From a virus: a stretch of DNA of 64,000 nt. A program made the translations under genes and the position numbers. The stretch spans positions 45,630-109,629 of IMG/VR virus record IMGVR_UViG_3300046787_000129; one strand, 5' to 3'. Shown here piece after piece: positions 10,201 through 19,664 of this stretch. Below the pieces are notes generated by a model. The model saw only the letters and a program-made list of their open reading frames with translations, ran no database searches and was not told the origin of the DNA. How positions within the stretch are numbered: position 1 is the first letter of the stretch; each line of letters starts with the position of its first letter.

Positions 10201-11459
10201 AGACGTACGATACTGGAACTAAGTATCTAGACATTCAGTCATCAATCATCAACAACGATTTTGAGAGAAACGAAGCAAACAAGAAGAACGCAGACGCTAT
10301 ACTAAAGGCTAACCAGGAAATTCAGGACCTACAGACTGGTGCTGGAAAGACTACTGGTTTGAACCAGTACACAAGCGGCCTAAGCAAGCTTCAGTTTGCA
10401 GAAGATGCCATTAACAAGAGATACGACGAACGTGCCAAGGCTCTTGACAAGGTTGCTACAATTAATCAAAGAATTAATGAGCAGCAAAAGGGTCAGTTAT
10501 CTCTTGCCCAGGCTTTGGCTTCTGGGGATATAGCTGCAGCTGCCCAAGCAGCAGAAAACATGAATGCTCAAAATGCAACAGCTGCCATGGCAGATCAGAA
10601 GACAAACCTTGATGCAGCTAAGCAAAAAGAGCTTGATAAGCAGGTAGTCAATGTAAACGGCAAGCTTATGACTAGAAAAGAAATTGATGAAGCCTCTAAG
10701 GTAATTCAGGAAAGAATTCTAGACATACAGATTAAGCAGCTAGATCCTGCACAGACTGCTCTAGACCTTGCTACACGTGCAAGAGACAAGAGCCTAAAGG
10801 CACTAACTGACCAGAAGGCAGATTGGGATGCTTGGAAGCTAAGTGTCGAGGCAGCAACTACAAGCTTGGCCAAGTACAACAAGGCTCTCGCAGATGCTGG
10901 GCCACAGGCCAAGAATGCGGAAGCAGAAGCCAAGGGGCTTACGGCTACAAAGGCACCAACAACTGCTCCTGGTCCAGGATCTCCAGCACTGTACAAGAGC
11001 TGGAAGGCCGCAGGATCTCCAGATCCAAAGAGATCACCAGACTCATTCTCTAAGTGGGCAGACTCAACCATAATCTACAAGTCTATGGGTGGAATGATTC
11101 CTAACTACTATGCTGCTGGAGGTTTTGCAAAGGGGACAGACACTGTTCCAGCCATGCTTACTCCAGGCGAGTTTGTTGTTCGCAAGTTTGCGGTAGACAA
11201 CTTCGGTGTAGATAAGCTAAATGCCATTAACTCTGGACAGTCTATCGGCACCGATACAGGTAACATACTGACTGCTGTAACCTCTAACACTGGGGTATCA
11301 ACAAGTTCTTCTGCATACACCGACGCTTCAGTGTATAATTATAATGTCAATGTAAATGTTAAGACAGACTCTAACCCAGACCAGATTGCAAGTGCTGTGG
11401 TTACAAGGATTAACCAGGCATCTGGACAGAATATAAGAGGAAACAGATTCTATGGCTAG
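4296..11459 (+). CDS. Tape measure protein (TP901-type core)
   Basis: 2387 aa Ala/Lys-rich helical protein; AMREGGINASEGANALKS core; hydrophobic segments; FATGG...GTSDSIPA and GTDTVPAMLTPGEFVV motifs. Confidence 0.95.
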   Translation: MADIQSNINVNIDTTNALASIKALQSQISAFHTSMARGGAQATSSLAQQQQKLLDGINATGKFSAQVQNIKTTTESFTTALEKNKLSLGQYFKYSVASTKSFGSMFKTEMNVVEKVARERVKSLQTQYINLGRDANGALKAISIRPLLLDLDNMQTKTALAAQKQQILNQLLHQGSTNLLNFGKNTQWAGRQLMVGFTIPLSMAGTAAAKAYMDMEKAAIKIKRVYGDLNTSVKETNQAVDAIKSLAAEYTKYGIAVADTMEMAASAAAMGKTGADLLAQVNQATRLAALGGVEQAQALETTISLTSAFGLSTEMLASKINYLNAVENQTVTSIEDLTIAIPKAGPVVKQLGGDVEDLAFFLTAMREGGINASEGANALKSGLAALINPTGKASEMLAGFGINIKAIVEGNKGDLKKTVIDFATALNTIDPLNRARAIEQMFGKFQFARISTLLQNVTASGSQASKALALANMSSIQLAAMSRKELDRISASPMYKFQKAIADLQVKIAPVGEAFLKAVTPIIGFVSKMLDGFNGMSDQFKNFTVIGVAVLGGLAPVLLMVVGLVANGAANILKFLTQIKSFFNKTSAGQKDLGSSTSYLTTEQIKAEAVAASLDQIHGKLKQTFTSEAGAVDSLTGAYQRYLAATGKYSAPAAKAAPGLFTPVVSKAKGFATGGMVRGPGSGTSDSIPANLSNGEAVIDAETVEKNPAIIAALFAGKTISIPGYSRNNSRDIASSRDYAKFRTYTDATSGLSSGANSALNTGTASPSDIAREYTTSPTRIQGPLIAAVASELTGANTQSQIDQAIKNNPEILSYAKSLSLGIASEVSKITAKTMGDPEYTGAVAKARADIKASPEIAAASEKFFTEPSTYEDDTIERKRSSGRYVAAGREKLRAMGARYTALFKRGMRVAKNLNVDEPQLVDPSAAHMTSPRDMSVSEMDESGMMLGENAQAARDRKAKNEKLVYKQGQSKTKVTVPASASQAQKDDALSAAGVVMADKSLETIGSAAKSRAAIQSPSKEMAKIGEDLAEGAIEGMKSKAKESKTAGKTIYDASGLTSVKAALASGPKMLGPAGAAQVDSYPSPKTQSERVAAVKSPRAASPFMQDVRASAQNAMPRLRVAKQEFVDDMKGAFAQLKNLFRNGGKDMVDATKSGLIQETPRLRVAGKEAGFDYVTALKGGNGSIAAVVTAGNQKIVSAALKEYSEGGFRIAGAVSLGLDKGIAGSVAKGIIAGEKLADSVTDGVIKRSRKQKNLPMGSQGPLEEGGTRGNVFQRAKASAAEKASAAKAGYNKLNSKINISSDGSGTFAKVGAAATTAAFALSGMPGPIGETVSKLLPFMGIMTAVSGIMSMFNLQVVNGAIALGAFSLPIIPLTAAIAGLAIVIAGVIWWMNAVNDAKKEELAQINNTTTAQKNAAKSIAELGKLAGITPGQSRGEIAKTALAAGIGTKQASDVNILLESEEFKDPESAINKMISGIKGMSNVAAKDFLATYANQLKGFGFDDKTIESILNAIKIKANKTDLKLDFASVDINTKKGQAQVSEGIKNALAGVSDQDAKDVAAKKSVAANPVIGQDGNGNDIYLSDIKKNRAKNAAIVEDPTKKGTAEYDAAKKQLAEQDKTIAAQKVIADNSMKVINKDTKVAKTNAALKEGATAVTTTIDSALSQFSAKTMTKANFDKTIKATIAGLKSGKAAAATMGAALKGLGPAATAGGSKIAGLTAKTLANGTAFDTTKAQVELYAIVAGNPEIGDKLLQDIAKIDTTAAGAAQQIQNLINVAKGGSISTSAGVTNPEIVTDTTGGGDGGSDPAQLLKDTKAAVQSNIMSINLMKKGYNAEFIASIAGADAATQKYYTTMKNGIPVLNAQGRALLAAYNTKAISDFLIAQKQLVAGAAMELSARKTLSAAGLDEETVKEMAARADVQAALAAAKAAVGKNAQAKAIKSVVDGLKAEKAAADSLSTTVAQDKFQKTYDTGTKYLDIQSSIINNDFERNEANKKNADAILKANQEIQDLQTGAGKTTGLNQYTSGLSKLQFAEDAINKRYDERAKALDKVATINQRINEQQKGQLSLAQALASGDIAAAAQAAENMNAQNATAAMADQKTNLDAAKQKELDKQVVNVNGKLMTRKEIDEASKVIQERILDIQIKQLDPAQTALDLATRARDKSLKALTDQKADWDAWKLSVEAATTSLAKYNKALADAGPQAKNAEAEAKGLTATKAPTTAPGPGSPALYKSWKAAGSPDPKRSPDSFSKWADSTIIYKSMGGMIPNYYAAGGFAKGTDTVPAMLTPGEFVVRKFAVDNFGVDKLNAINSGQSIGTDTGNILTAVTSNTGVSTSSSAYTDASVYNYNVNVNVKTDSNPDQIASAVVTRINQASGQNIRGNRFYG

Positions 11460-12111
11460 TAACCAGTATATATCTAATAAGAAGAGATTTCAAAGACCAC
11501 AGGCTATTCTTTGGGCAAACAACCCTGGAACCCTTGTAAATGGAACATACTCTCCAGACGGATATGAGGTTGGAACTAACCTTTCACAATCTGGAGGTAG
11601 CTCACTTGAAAATAGCTTCCTGATTTTATCTGACCATAATAGAGGACCTTTAGAGTTTAAACCAACAAGGATAGATAAGAAAGAGCGTATGATCAATGGC
11701 CGTATGCGTTCATATCACATTGCAGACAAGCTAACCCTGTCAACCTCTTGGACAATGCTTCCTTCAAGGTCATACGCTGAATTCCCAGACTTTGACTCTA
11801 CCACTGGATTATCCCTGCTAGCAGGAAAGTCTGGAAGTTTCACATCTGCTGACTCAGAGTACACTGCAGATGGTGGGGCAGGTGGAGTTGACATTCTTAA
11901 CTGGTATGAAAATCACCAAGGTCCATTCTGGGTATACCTAGCCTACGATAGACTAGATAACTTTGAAGACGCTACAAACCAGTACAACCGACTTAATCAA
12001 TACAATCAGATTGTAGAAATGTACATCTCTGACATCAGCTATAGCGTAGAGAGTCGTTCTAATAATCGTGGAGATCTCTGGAATATTTCGGTTACCCTGG
12101 AAGAGGCATAA
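11452..12111 (+). CDS. Distal tail (Dit-like) protein
   Basis: Directly after tape measure; RMINGRMRSYHIADK...WNISVTLEE. Confidence 0.6.
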   Translation: MASNQYISNKKRFQRPQAILWANNPGTLVNGTYSPDGYEVGTNLSQSGGSSLENSFLILSDHNRGPLEFKPTRIDKKERMINGRMRSYHIADKLTLSTSWTMLPSRSYAEFPDFDSTTGLSLLAGKSGSFTSADSEYTADGGAGGVDILNWYENHQGPFWVYLAYDRLDNFEDATNQYNRLNQYNQIVEMYISDISYSVESRSNNRGDLWNISVTLEEA

Positions 12112-15100
12112 TGTTTTCCAACCTAGAATTAAGACAACACCTATCTTCTTCTTCAACGGTAAAGTCCCAGTCAGTAATCATCTCTGAATGGAACATGAAC
12201 CTACTAGACAACATAGTAGCCATTGGAAATTATAGATACAGGAAGAACACTGCTGGCAAGTATTCATCAATTCCAAACGTATTCGATGCCAACGATTCTG
12301 GAAACTACTATACAGACGCTACATACTCAGACATAACTGTAGATGGCGGACTAGATGATACCGATGATACGCCAGTTTTCTTTGTTAGCAAGAAGCAAAA
12401 AGAAGGCTTGCTATATTCTCTAGAGGATTGCTTTGGTAGAGTAAGGCCAAGATCTGGAATCAATAAGGCCAGGGTAGGAATAACAAAGTACCTGCACCAC
12501 TCTAACATAGACATGTTTAATCGTCCTAGATACTACATGGCTGACAAGACAGATAAGTTTAAGTACTGGACATCGTTCAGAACAGAGTCTGGCAAGGAGT
12601 ATGGAATTGCCAATAAGACCATAAATGGCAAACACTACATTGACGACGCAGCTCCTTTCGTAGTTTATAAAGAGCAAGTTCCAGTAAACAGGGTTGTAGT
12701 GAAGATGCAGACAAGTGTGGGAAACGTAAATCTTGGGCCATTCTCTACTCCTAGCGGTCAGATGGATGACCCATTCTTTGGATATCAAAATCAGACAACC
12801 CCTACCAGATGGAAGATTCAATCTCTAGACAACAAAAATAATTGGGTAGATCTAATTAAGTTTGACGAGACATCTAAGAGAAGAGACGGATCAGAAGTAA
12901 TTGGACCAGATGGATACGTTGAGATCTCTTATGGACTAGTAGTTCCAAACCAGTTTAAAGATACCTTTGTGTTTAATGGAGAGGTAACCTCTGAACTCAT
13001 ATTGCCAACCGATAGCCACGACGGACACGCATACTTGGTCAAGACCAATTCTTCAGAGATCGGGACCATGTACATTTGGTCTTCAGATAGATACCTAAAG
13101 TTTAAGCCAGTTTATAACTGGCAGCTAGAAGACTATGCAACAAGTCCAGCAACTCCATTTGTAACATCTACAACGGTACACGACTCATTCTCCGAGCCAA
13201 CTACAGGAAAGTCTAAGTTTAGAGAGTTTACCTTTATCTCTGGGCTAAGAGTTGTTGTAGATACAATGAACAAGTCAGAGTCAACCTTTGACTTAATCGA
13301 GCTATCTCCAAGACTAGCGGTAGACATGTCTGGAAAGACTCAGAACTTTTCTGTAAAGAAGCCAGCTTCAGATTTGGGTATTACTGGATTGCCAGTTGGA
13401 CAACTTCTCGCAGGTACTGGATCGCTAACTTTGTTTGACTATGACCAATCATTCAATGTTAACAATGCGTACGATGCCACAAGTAATCCAAATGGAAGCA
13501 TCGTAGCCAAGTATACGGCTAGAAACATTCAGACAAAAATCTACGAAGTTATTTGTGACGTGTTTGGCAAAGATGTATTCGTGCCAATTAAGACCATGTA
13601 TTCAGACGGATTCCCAACTATCAATAATACCGATAGAACGGTATCAATTAATCTAAGAGACCTATACTACTACCTAGAGTCTACTACTGCCCCAGAACTT
13701 CTAATCCAGGATGTATCTTTATCTTATGCAGTATCTATTCTTCTAGACTCTATTGGATTTTCAAACTACGTATTTAAGCGAGTAGAAGGAGAGAGCGATC
13801 CAATAATCCCATTCTTCTTTGTAAGTCCTAAGCAGTCTGTTGCCCAGGTTCTGCAGAGCTTGGCGGTATCCACACAGACAGCAATGTTCCTAAATGAAGA
13901 GAACACCTTTGTACTCATGAGCAAGCAGTACCTGATGCCATCAGAAACCGACAGAGACGTTGACATGACTCTATTTGGATCTCAGGATACAGAAACCTAT
14001 GACTACGATGGCGATGATAGATATTCTGTAATAAAGAATAAGAGAGCTGTAGGAAAGACAATAGCCAACATTATAGATATTGCCTCACAGGATAACAATA
14101 TTTACAACGATGGAAAGATTTCTTATACTACCAGATCTATTCAGAAGAGCTACGGGTCTCTAAAGCAGGCGTACCTTCTCGATGAGAACAAGACCTGGAT
14201 ATACAAGCCTGCAGTTCTCTGGGAAGTCTCTGGAAGCGGAAACACCAAGTCTATAAATGAAGAGGTAGGAAACCAGGGTAAGTATAACCTTGCAGCAATA
14301 CCACTAAATACAACACTATCCGATAGCCTACCAGAGGTAGTTAACGGAGTAGTCGTAAACAACATTATTGATCTTGGTGAGGCAGTATACTGGATGCCAA
14401 GATACAATGGATACTTCTATGCAAATGGCGAAATCATCAAGTATGACGCTGTAGAGTATAACGTGGCATCTATTGGAAATGTTTGGATTACAAGCATTCA
14501 GGACTACCAGAAGTACTTCTCAAAAATCTCTTTCAATGGAAAGATCTATCCAACTGGTAGAGTTAGAATCTACTCAGAGCCAAACTACGAGACTTTAAAT
14601 GGCGTAACCACTCTGAAGCTTGGAGCTGTTGCAAAGCACGGAAGAGCTCAATTTGGAACTACTATCACTACTCACAACGCTGGAATAGCTAACAACTGGA
14701 CAAGCTCTGACTATGTAGGTGGAGTTGATATGGAGTCAAAGTATCTAGTTAATCCAGCACTAACAGTCCCATCAACTACACCTGGTGCTGCAGGAGTAAG
14801 CAAGTCCAAGGCTACAGAGGCTGCTCGCTCTGGAATCATCAAGAACTTCTTAAGTGAGTCATATTCTCAGGAGTCAGACATCCTTGAGGATGCAGAAAAA
14901 GATGGTAGAACGGTTCAGTCTTCTGCTCTAGTTATAACTGGACCACAGTTTAAGACAGACGAGTCTCCACAAGACTTTGTCTCATACGTCTACAAGCCAC
15001 TTGCTCCAACCATAGTCATTTCTGCTGTATCTAAGACTGAGACTACGGTTACATACACAACATCCACAATACACGGTATCCGTGTAGGGGAAAAGGTATC

Positions 15101-16706
15101 GATTACTGGAGTAAACCCAACAGCCTACAACCTATCTAATCAGGCTGTAACAGCTGTCACAGCAACAACCTTTACTGTTTCTAAGACCATCACTCCAGCA
15201 TATGTATCTGGTGGTATGGCAAAGGTAACTAGTGCTGGCATATCATACAAGCACTTTGGAACCAGAATGAGAGTTGTCGGTAAGATTGAGAACGACAAGA
15301 ATAAGGTTCAGACAGCTGCTGGTGCCACACCAATGTACACTATTGTTCCAGCAACTGCAGATGCTCCAATCACCATCTCTGGTGGTGGAGGTGGTGTAGC
15401 GGTATTGCTAAACCCATCTACAAACGAGGGGTACTACTTTGAGATCACTGCACTATCAGAAGCCAATATGGAGCAGTACGATAAGGCAGAGAATGTAAAG
15501 AACATCATGTTCTACAAGATTCAGAAGAACGCATCATCTAACAAGGCTGTTCCTCTATTCCTCAACCAGGCTGGAACAAAAGATCCTTGGGTAGGTGGGC
15601 TAACCCAGATACTTGTTGACGACGGTAGATTTACTGGACAGTCAAGAGTTGTATCCACTGAGAAGAATACTGTATATGATATCTCTGTAGAGTATCAGGA
15701 TATTGGATCTATCAGAAGGTTCTTTCTTTATATAAATAACAATCAGGTTGCAACCCTAGACGACCTAAGTCCTCTACCAGTTTATAATAACATGGCACTA
15801 TTCGTTCGTGGTGGGTCTAAGTGTATGTTCGAGAACATCTACGCTTTGGCTGGTAACTATTCTAACAATAGCAACTACGCACTAGAGCCAGTAACCAGCT
15901 CTGCATTCGGTGATCCAAGCCTAAGTGCGAATGAGTCATTCAGAAAGTATGCCGTGAGTGGAATGATTCAGTCAACCTATCTTTCGGGGGTAAGTGCTAC
16001 TGAGCCACCAAAGCATAACCTATACTATGAAGAGTTCGGAACTATCATGAGAGAGGCATCATACTTTAATGTTAAGTACGACAAAGCCTATCCAGCACTT
16101 TATGCAAAGATTGCTCCAACATTCAACAGCATTAGAGGCTATACTGTATCAGGTTTCCACGGTGGATCATACGGGGCAGAGTTCCTAGTGTTCAATGCTA
16201 CAGACTCATCTCTAAACCTAGATGAGACATCTGGAAACTACCTACGCATTTTGGGAATCACCTTTACACAGGCTTCTCAGAATGACTACACTGTTGACGA
16301 CTACTTCTCTAAGAAGAGCGACTTCTCTAATCCAGAAATATCTACTGGGGTAGTTGCTGAGTCACCTCTCAAGGTAAAGAAAGACTTCTATGATGTAAAG
16401 AACTCTAGGTCTATGTATGGTAGAAACGAGTTCTCACTAGATGCAACCTATATTCAGAGCAGAGACTCCGCAACCGAAATGATGTCTTGGATTATTTCTA
16501 AGGTTATGAAGCCACGTAAGTCTATTGGTGTAAAGATATTTGCTAATCCAACCATTCAGCTTGGTGACCTTGTAAAGATCGACTATGTTAAAGATGGCGT
16601 ATCGCAGCTATCAAATCCAGACACTAGGTTTGTAGTGTACAATATTGAGTACAGCAAGTCTAGCAACGGACCAGAGATGACTGTTTATTTGAGTGAGGTA
16701 GTGTAG
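12111..16706 (+). CDS. Large minor tail/baseplate hub protein
   Basis: 1531 aa after Dit; C-terminal NPTIQLGDLVKI...RFVVYNIEYS hub-like; carries ~70-aa beta module at ~15012-15228. Confidence 0.7.
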   Translation: MFSNLELRQHLSSSSTVKSQSVIISEWNMNLLDNIVAIGNYRYRKNTAGKYSSIPNVFDANDSGNYYTDATYSDITVDGGLDDTDDTPVFFVSKKQKEGLLYSLEDCFGRVRPRSGINKARVGITKYLHHSNIDMFNRPRYYMADKTDKFKYWTSFRTESGKEYGIANKTINGKHYIDDAAPFVVYKEQVPVNRVVVKMQTSVGNVNLGPFSTPSGQMDDPFFGYQNQTTPTRWKIQSLDNKNNWVDLIKFDETSKRRDGSEVIGPDGYVEISYGLVVPNQFKDTFVFNGEVTSELILPTDSHDGHAYLVKTNSSEIGTMYIWSSDRYLKFKPVYNWQLEDYATSPATPFVTSTTVHDSFSEPTTGKSKFREFTFISGLRVVVDTMNKSESTFDLIELSPRLAVDMSGKTQNFSVKKPASDLGITGLPVGQLLAGTGSLTLFDYDQSFNVNNAYDATSNPNGSIVAKYTARNIQTKIYEVICDVFGKDVFVPIKTMYSDGFPTINNTDRTVSINLRDLYYYLESTTAPELLIQDVSLSYAVSILLDSIGFSNYVFKRVEGESDPIIPFFFVSPKQSVAQVLQSLAVSTQTAMFLNEENTFVLMSKQYLMPSETDRDVDMTLFGSQDTETYDYDGDDRYSVIKNKRAVGKTIANIIDIASQDNNIYNDGKISYTTRSIQKSYGSLKQAYLLDENKTWIYKPAVLWEVSGSGNTKSINEEVGNQGKYNLAAIPLNTTLSDSLPEVVNGVVVNNIIDLGEAVYWMPRYNGYFYANGEIIKYDAVEYNVASIGNVWITSIQDYQKYFSKISFNGKIYPTGRVRIYSEPNYETLNGVTTLKLGAVAKHGRAQFGTTITTHNAGIANNWTSSDYVGGVDMESKYLVNPALTVPSTTPGAAGVSKSKATEAARSGIIKNFLSESYSQESDILEDAEKDGRTVQSSALVITGPQFKTDESPQDFVSYVYKPLAPTIVISAVSKTETTVTYTTSTIHGIRVGEKVSITGVNPTAYNLSNQAVTAVTATTFTVSKTITPAYVSGGMAKVTSAGISYKHFGTRMRVVGKIENDKNKVQTAAGATPMYTIVPATADAPITISGGGGGVAVLLNPSTNEGYYFEITALSEANMEQYDKAENVKNIMFYKIQKNASSNKAVPLFLNQAGTKDPWVGGLTQILVDDGRFTGQSRVVSTEKNTVYDISVEYQDIGSIRRFFLYINNNQVATLDDLSPLPVYNNMALFVRGGSKCMFENIYALAGNYSNNSNYALEPVTSSAFGDPSLSANESFRKYAVSGMIQSTYLSGVSATEPPKHNLYYEEFGTIMREASYFNVKYDKAYPALYAKIAPTFNSIRGYTVSGFHGGSYGAEFLVFNATDSSLNLDETSGNYLRILGITFTQASQNDYTVDDYFSKKSDFSNPEISTGVVAESPLKVKKDFYDVKNSRSMYGRNEFSLDATYIQSRDSATEMMSWIISKVMKPRKSIGVKIFANPTIQLGDLVKIDYVKDGVSQLSNPDTRFVVYNIEYSKSSNGPEMTVYLSEVV

Positions 16707-16707
16707 C

Positions 16708-17574
16708 ATGGCTAGCAAGGGTATCCCTAATTTTGAAACAGTTGTGTCTGCAGCCTCAAAAGCCCAAGGAGCAGTCAGAGAAGCTGGAATGGCCACCGCT
16801 GGTGCTAAGGCAGCAGCCGCAGCAACTGCAACAGGTGCAACACGTGAAGCAGGTATGGCTGCTGCAGACAAAGCCGCAGCGGCAAGAGCAAAAGCCGCAG
16901 CAGACAAGGCTAGGGCAGATGCTGCAGCAAAAGCAAAAGCGGATCAACTTAAAAAGAACTTGGCTGCAAGAGCAAACGCAGCACCAGTGTTAATGAATGA
17001 TGAGATTCTTTCTAGAAGCAAATTCCTACGGGCTGACACAGAAGCAACTCCGCCAAGCGGCAATCAGGCTGCTAGCGGCGTATCAAACGGTGGAAATGCA
17101 GGAGGCTCAGTATCTGCTGCAAACGTTGGAACGCCAACAAATTCTCCAGCAATCAAGGTAGCAACACCAGACATCATAACCATTGATCAGGAAACGCTCC
17201 CTGCAGAGCTAATGACAAGTATGATCTTTGAGAACATTGGTGGGCAAGAACTCTTAAGCATATCAAGACATGACCTGATTTCGGGTAGTAACATGGACTA
17301 TCAAGCAATTAAAAACTTGAGAGATGTCTATCTAAATAACAATCCGCTAAACATAATCCCAATGCCAGACCTTTCTAATAACTATGCAAAGAACTTCCCA
17401 ATAGTTTGGGAAAGCCACATTATAGAAGAGTTCTCCAGCTTAGACTCAACTCATATTTATCTGGACAATGCTAAGAAGGAACTGAACCTATTGGTTACAA
17501 ACATGAAGCCAGGAGAGCAAGTTGAAGTCGAGATTCTGTCATCTGTTACGGGATATAACGCTACCAAGTTTTAA
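16708..17574 (+). CDS. Minor tail protein with Ala/Lys-rich N-terminal repeats
   Basis: Tail module; GAxREAGMA occurs twice; globular C-terminus. Confidence 0.5.
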   Translation: MASKGIPNFETVVSAASKAQGAVREAGMATAGAKAAAAATATGATREAGMAAADKAAAARAKAAADKARADAAAKAKADQLKKNLAARANAAPVLMNDEILSRSKFLRADTEATPPSGNQAASGVSNGGNAGGSVSAANVGTPTNSPAIKVATPDIITIDQETLPAELMTSMIFENIGGQELLSISRHDLISGSNMDYQAIKNLRDVYLNNNPLNIIPMPDLSNNYAKNFPIVWESHIIEEFSSLDSTHIYLDNAKKELNLLVTNMKPGEQVEVEILSSVTGYNATKF

Positions 17575-17598
17575 TGGTACAATAGACTAGGAGATAAG

Positions 17599-18987
17599 AT
17601 GATTACTAATACTGGCAAGAACATTCTTGCAAAATACTTAATTGGGCAGGCCCCATCATATGCCTCACACATTGCTATTGGGTGTGGAGCAAAGCCTTTA
17701 GCATCCGACTATGTCTTTTCTAGTCCAGAGCTTACAGCATACTCAAACAAAAAGACCCTAGACTTTGAGATGTTTAGAGCACCAATTGTATCTCGTGGAT
17801 ACGTTAACGAAAACGGTACCCCTAAGATTGTTCTCACAGCAGAACTACCAACAACAGAGAGATATGAGATAACCGAGGTAGGGGTTTACTCATCTGGATC
17901 TAATCCATCTGCAGGAACAGCAGACAGCAAGGCAATCTACGTATTCTCTGAGAACGAGAACTGGGAGTACCACGCAAGCTCATCACCAACAGCTATTCCA
18001 GTTATTGCAGAGCCCCTAGCAACAGTTGATGCACCTAGAATTATTGACCAGACTTCCCCAGTTTTTATTACAAACTCTGATAACAAGACCCTGATGGACG
18101 AGACTAGAATACTTAGATATGAATCTCCTAGATACTTTAACAGAGGAATCTTTATTTCGGGGGACAATTCATCTCTTCAGAACGCAACAGCCACAATTAC
18201 TGGAGTTGTTGGAAACGGAACCACTGTCACATACACTACATCTACAAACCATGGAATTAGAGTTGGAGAAGCGGTAACCATATCTGGAGTAGACCCGTCA
18301 GCATATAACTATTCAGGTGCGACCCAAACAGTTACTGCCGTAACTCCAAAGACCTTCTCTCTAGCTAAGACAACAACCACAAGCTATGTTTCTGGCGGTA
18401 CCGTAACTACTCAAAGACTTGCAATACCTACAGGAGCAAACCACATTCACTTAGTAAACTCTAAGCTAAGTCTTTCAAGCAACCTTCCAAAGGATCAGCT
18501 AAAACTTGCATTTGCTGTTGTGAATAAAGATGCGTCTGATAGTGCAATTCCAGCAAAGGTCAGACTGGTAGTGGAGTTTGGACCAACAGATGACTCATCG
18601 TCCAGCACTGACTGGGCTAGATTTGAAGTTGACATAGCACACTCACTGACCCCGACAGGACCATATCAGCAAGACTTGTCTACCAATAGGTACGTCGTGG
18701 TAACGAAAGAGCTACAGGAGCTTTACCAGGGAGACACCTTTACCTGGAACAATGTTAGCGTGGCCAAGATCTATGCATCTGTGCTAGATTCGAACGATGA
18801 ACCTACTGGAGACTTCTATGTAGCACTAGATGCAATAAGACTAGAGAACCTTACATCCGCTAACCCTCTATATGGGCTTACAGGATACACGGTAGTAAAG
18901 AACGTTCAGTCTAAGACAGTGGTAAAACTATCAAACACTACCAACCTAGTAGAGTTTAGGTTTGCTCTTGGCGTAGAGGTGGCCTAA
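17599..18987 (+). CDS. Minor tail/baseplate-collar protein
   Basis: MITNTGKNILAKYL...HIAIGCG...ITEVGVY collar-like N-terminus; internal shared beta module. Confidence 0.65.
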   Translation: MITNTGKNILAKYLIGQAPSYASHIAIGCGAKPLASDYVFSSPELTAYSNKKTLDFEMFRAPIVSRGYVNENGTPKIVLTAELPTTERYEITEVGVYSSGSNPSAGTADSKAIYVFSENENWEYHASSSPTAIPVIAEPLATVDAPRIIDQTSPVFITNSDNKTLMDETRILRYESPRYFNRGIFISGDNSSLQNATATITGVVGNGTTVTYTTSTNHGIRVGEAVTISGVDPSAYNYSGATQTVTAVTPKTFSLAKTTTTSYVSGGTVTTQRLAIPTGANHIHLVNSKLSLSSNLPKDQLKLAFAVVNKDASDSAIPAKVRLVVEFGPTDDSSSSTDWARFEVDIAHSLTPTGPYQQDLSTNRYVVVTKELQELYQGDTFTWNNVSVAKIYASVLDSNDEPTGDFYVALDAIRLENLTSANPLYGLTGYTVVKNVQSKTVVKLSNTTNLVEFRFALGVEVA

Positions 18988-19649
18988 TGGCCAGCAAGAA
19001 GGTAACTATTCCAATAAAGGACTTGCCTGCACCAACTGCAGACAATACTTATTTAGTTAGATATAGAATCATTTCGGATGACCGTAATAGAATTTCTCAG
19101 TGGTCTCCGATATATACTATTCCAGTTCCTTATATAACAAAAGCTATATCTGGAATAACTGGAAGCGGAACTAAGGTTACTTTTACAACCGTTACGCCAC
19201 ATGGATTTGTTGTGGGGGATATAGTAAGCATCTCTGGAACAGACCCTGTAGAATATTCTTATACATCAGTAGCTATAACAGAAGTTGGTTCTACAACACA
19301 GTTCTCAGTTGCAAAAACAGATACTACTACATGGGTTAGTGGAGGAAGAGTTAATGCAGGAAAGCAAATACTCAAGAGCGTTGTCGTAGCATCTAATACA
19401 GCAACAGTTACCTGGTCACTACCAGACACAATAACCAATACATCGTTTGATGTCTACGCAAAAACCCAGACTGGAGATCCAGCAGTATGGGGATCGTTCG
19501 TGCACAAGGCCACGGTAAGCTCAAACTCATTCTCCATGATCGCAGATGACGAGGACCTGAAGGTTCAGTTCTTGGTCCAGGCAGTAACAGATACCAAGGT
19601 AGAGTCTCCAGGGGCAGTAATATTCTATTCGGCAGAATACGCTATCTAG
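18987..19649 (+). CDS. Minor tail protein
   Basis: YLVRYRIIS...SQWSP FN3-like end plus shared beta module. Confidence 0.55.
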   Translation: MASKKVTIPIKDLPAPTADNTYLVRYRIISDDRNRISQWSPIYTIPVPYITKAISGITGSGTKVTFTTVTPHGFVVGDIVSISGTDPVEYSYTSVAITEVGSTTQFSVAKTDTTTWVSGGRVNAGKQILKSVVVASNTATVTWSLPDTITNTSFDVYAKTQTGDPAVWGSFVHKATVSSNSFSMIADDEDLKVQFLVQAVTDTKVESPGAVIFYSAEYAI

Positions 19650-19664
19650 TGCTATAATAGACTT

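Noticed and set aside
4307-11320. Many antisense and alternate-frame ORFs over the tape measure and other long genes
   Set aside because: Shadow ORFs from codon bias; no SD or recognisable motifs
16760-16950. Ala/Lys repeats (also 40400-40690 and 45020-45120) as DNA repeat elements
   Set aside because: Protein-level low-complexity linkers with diverged codons
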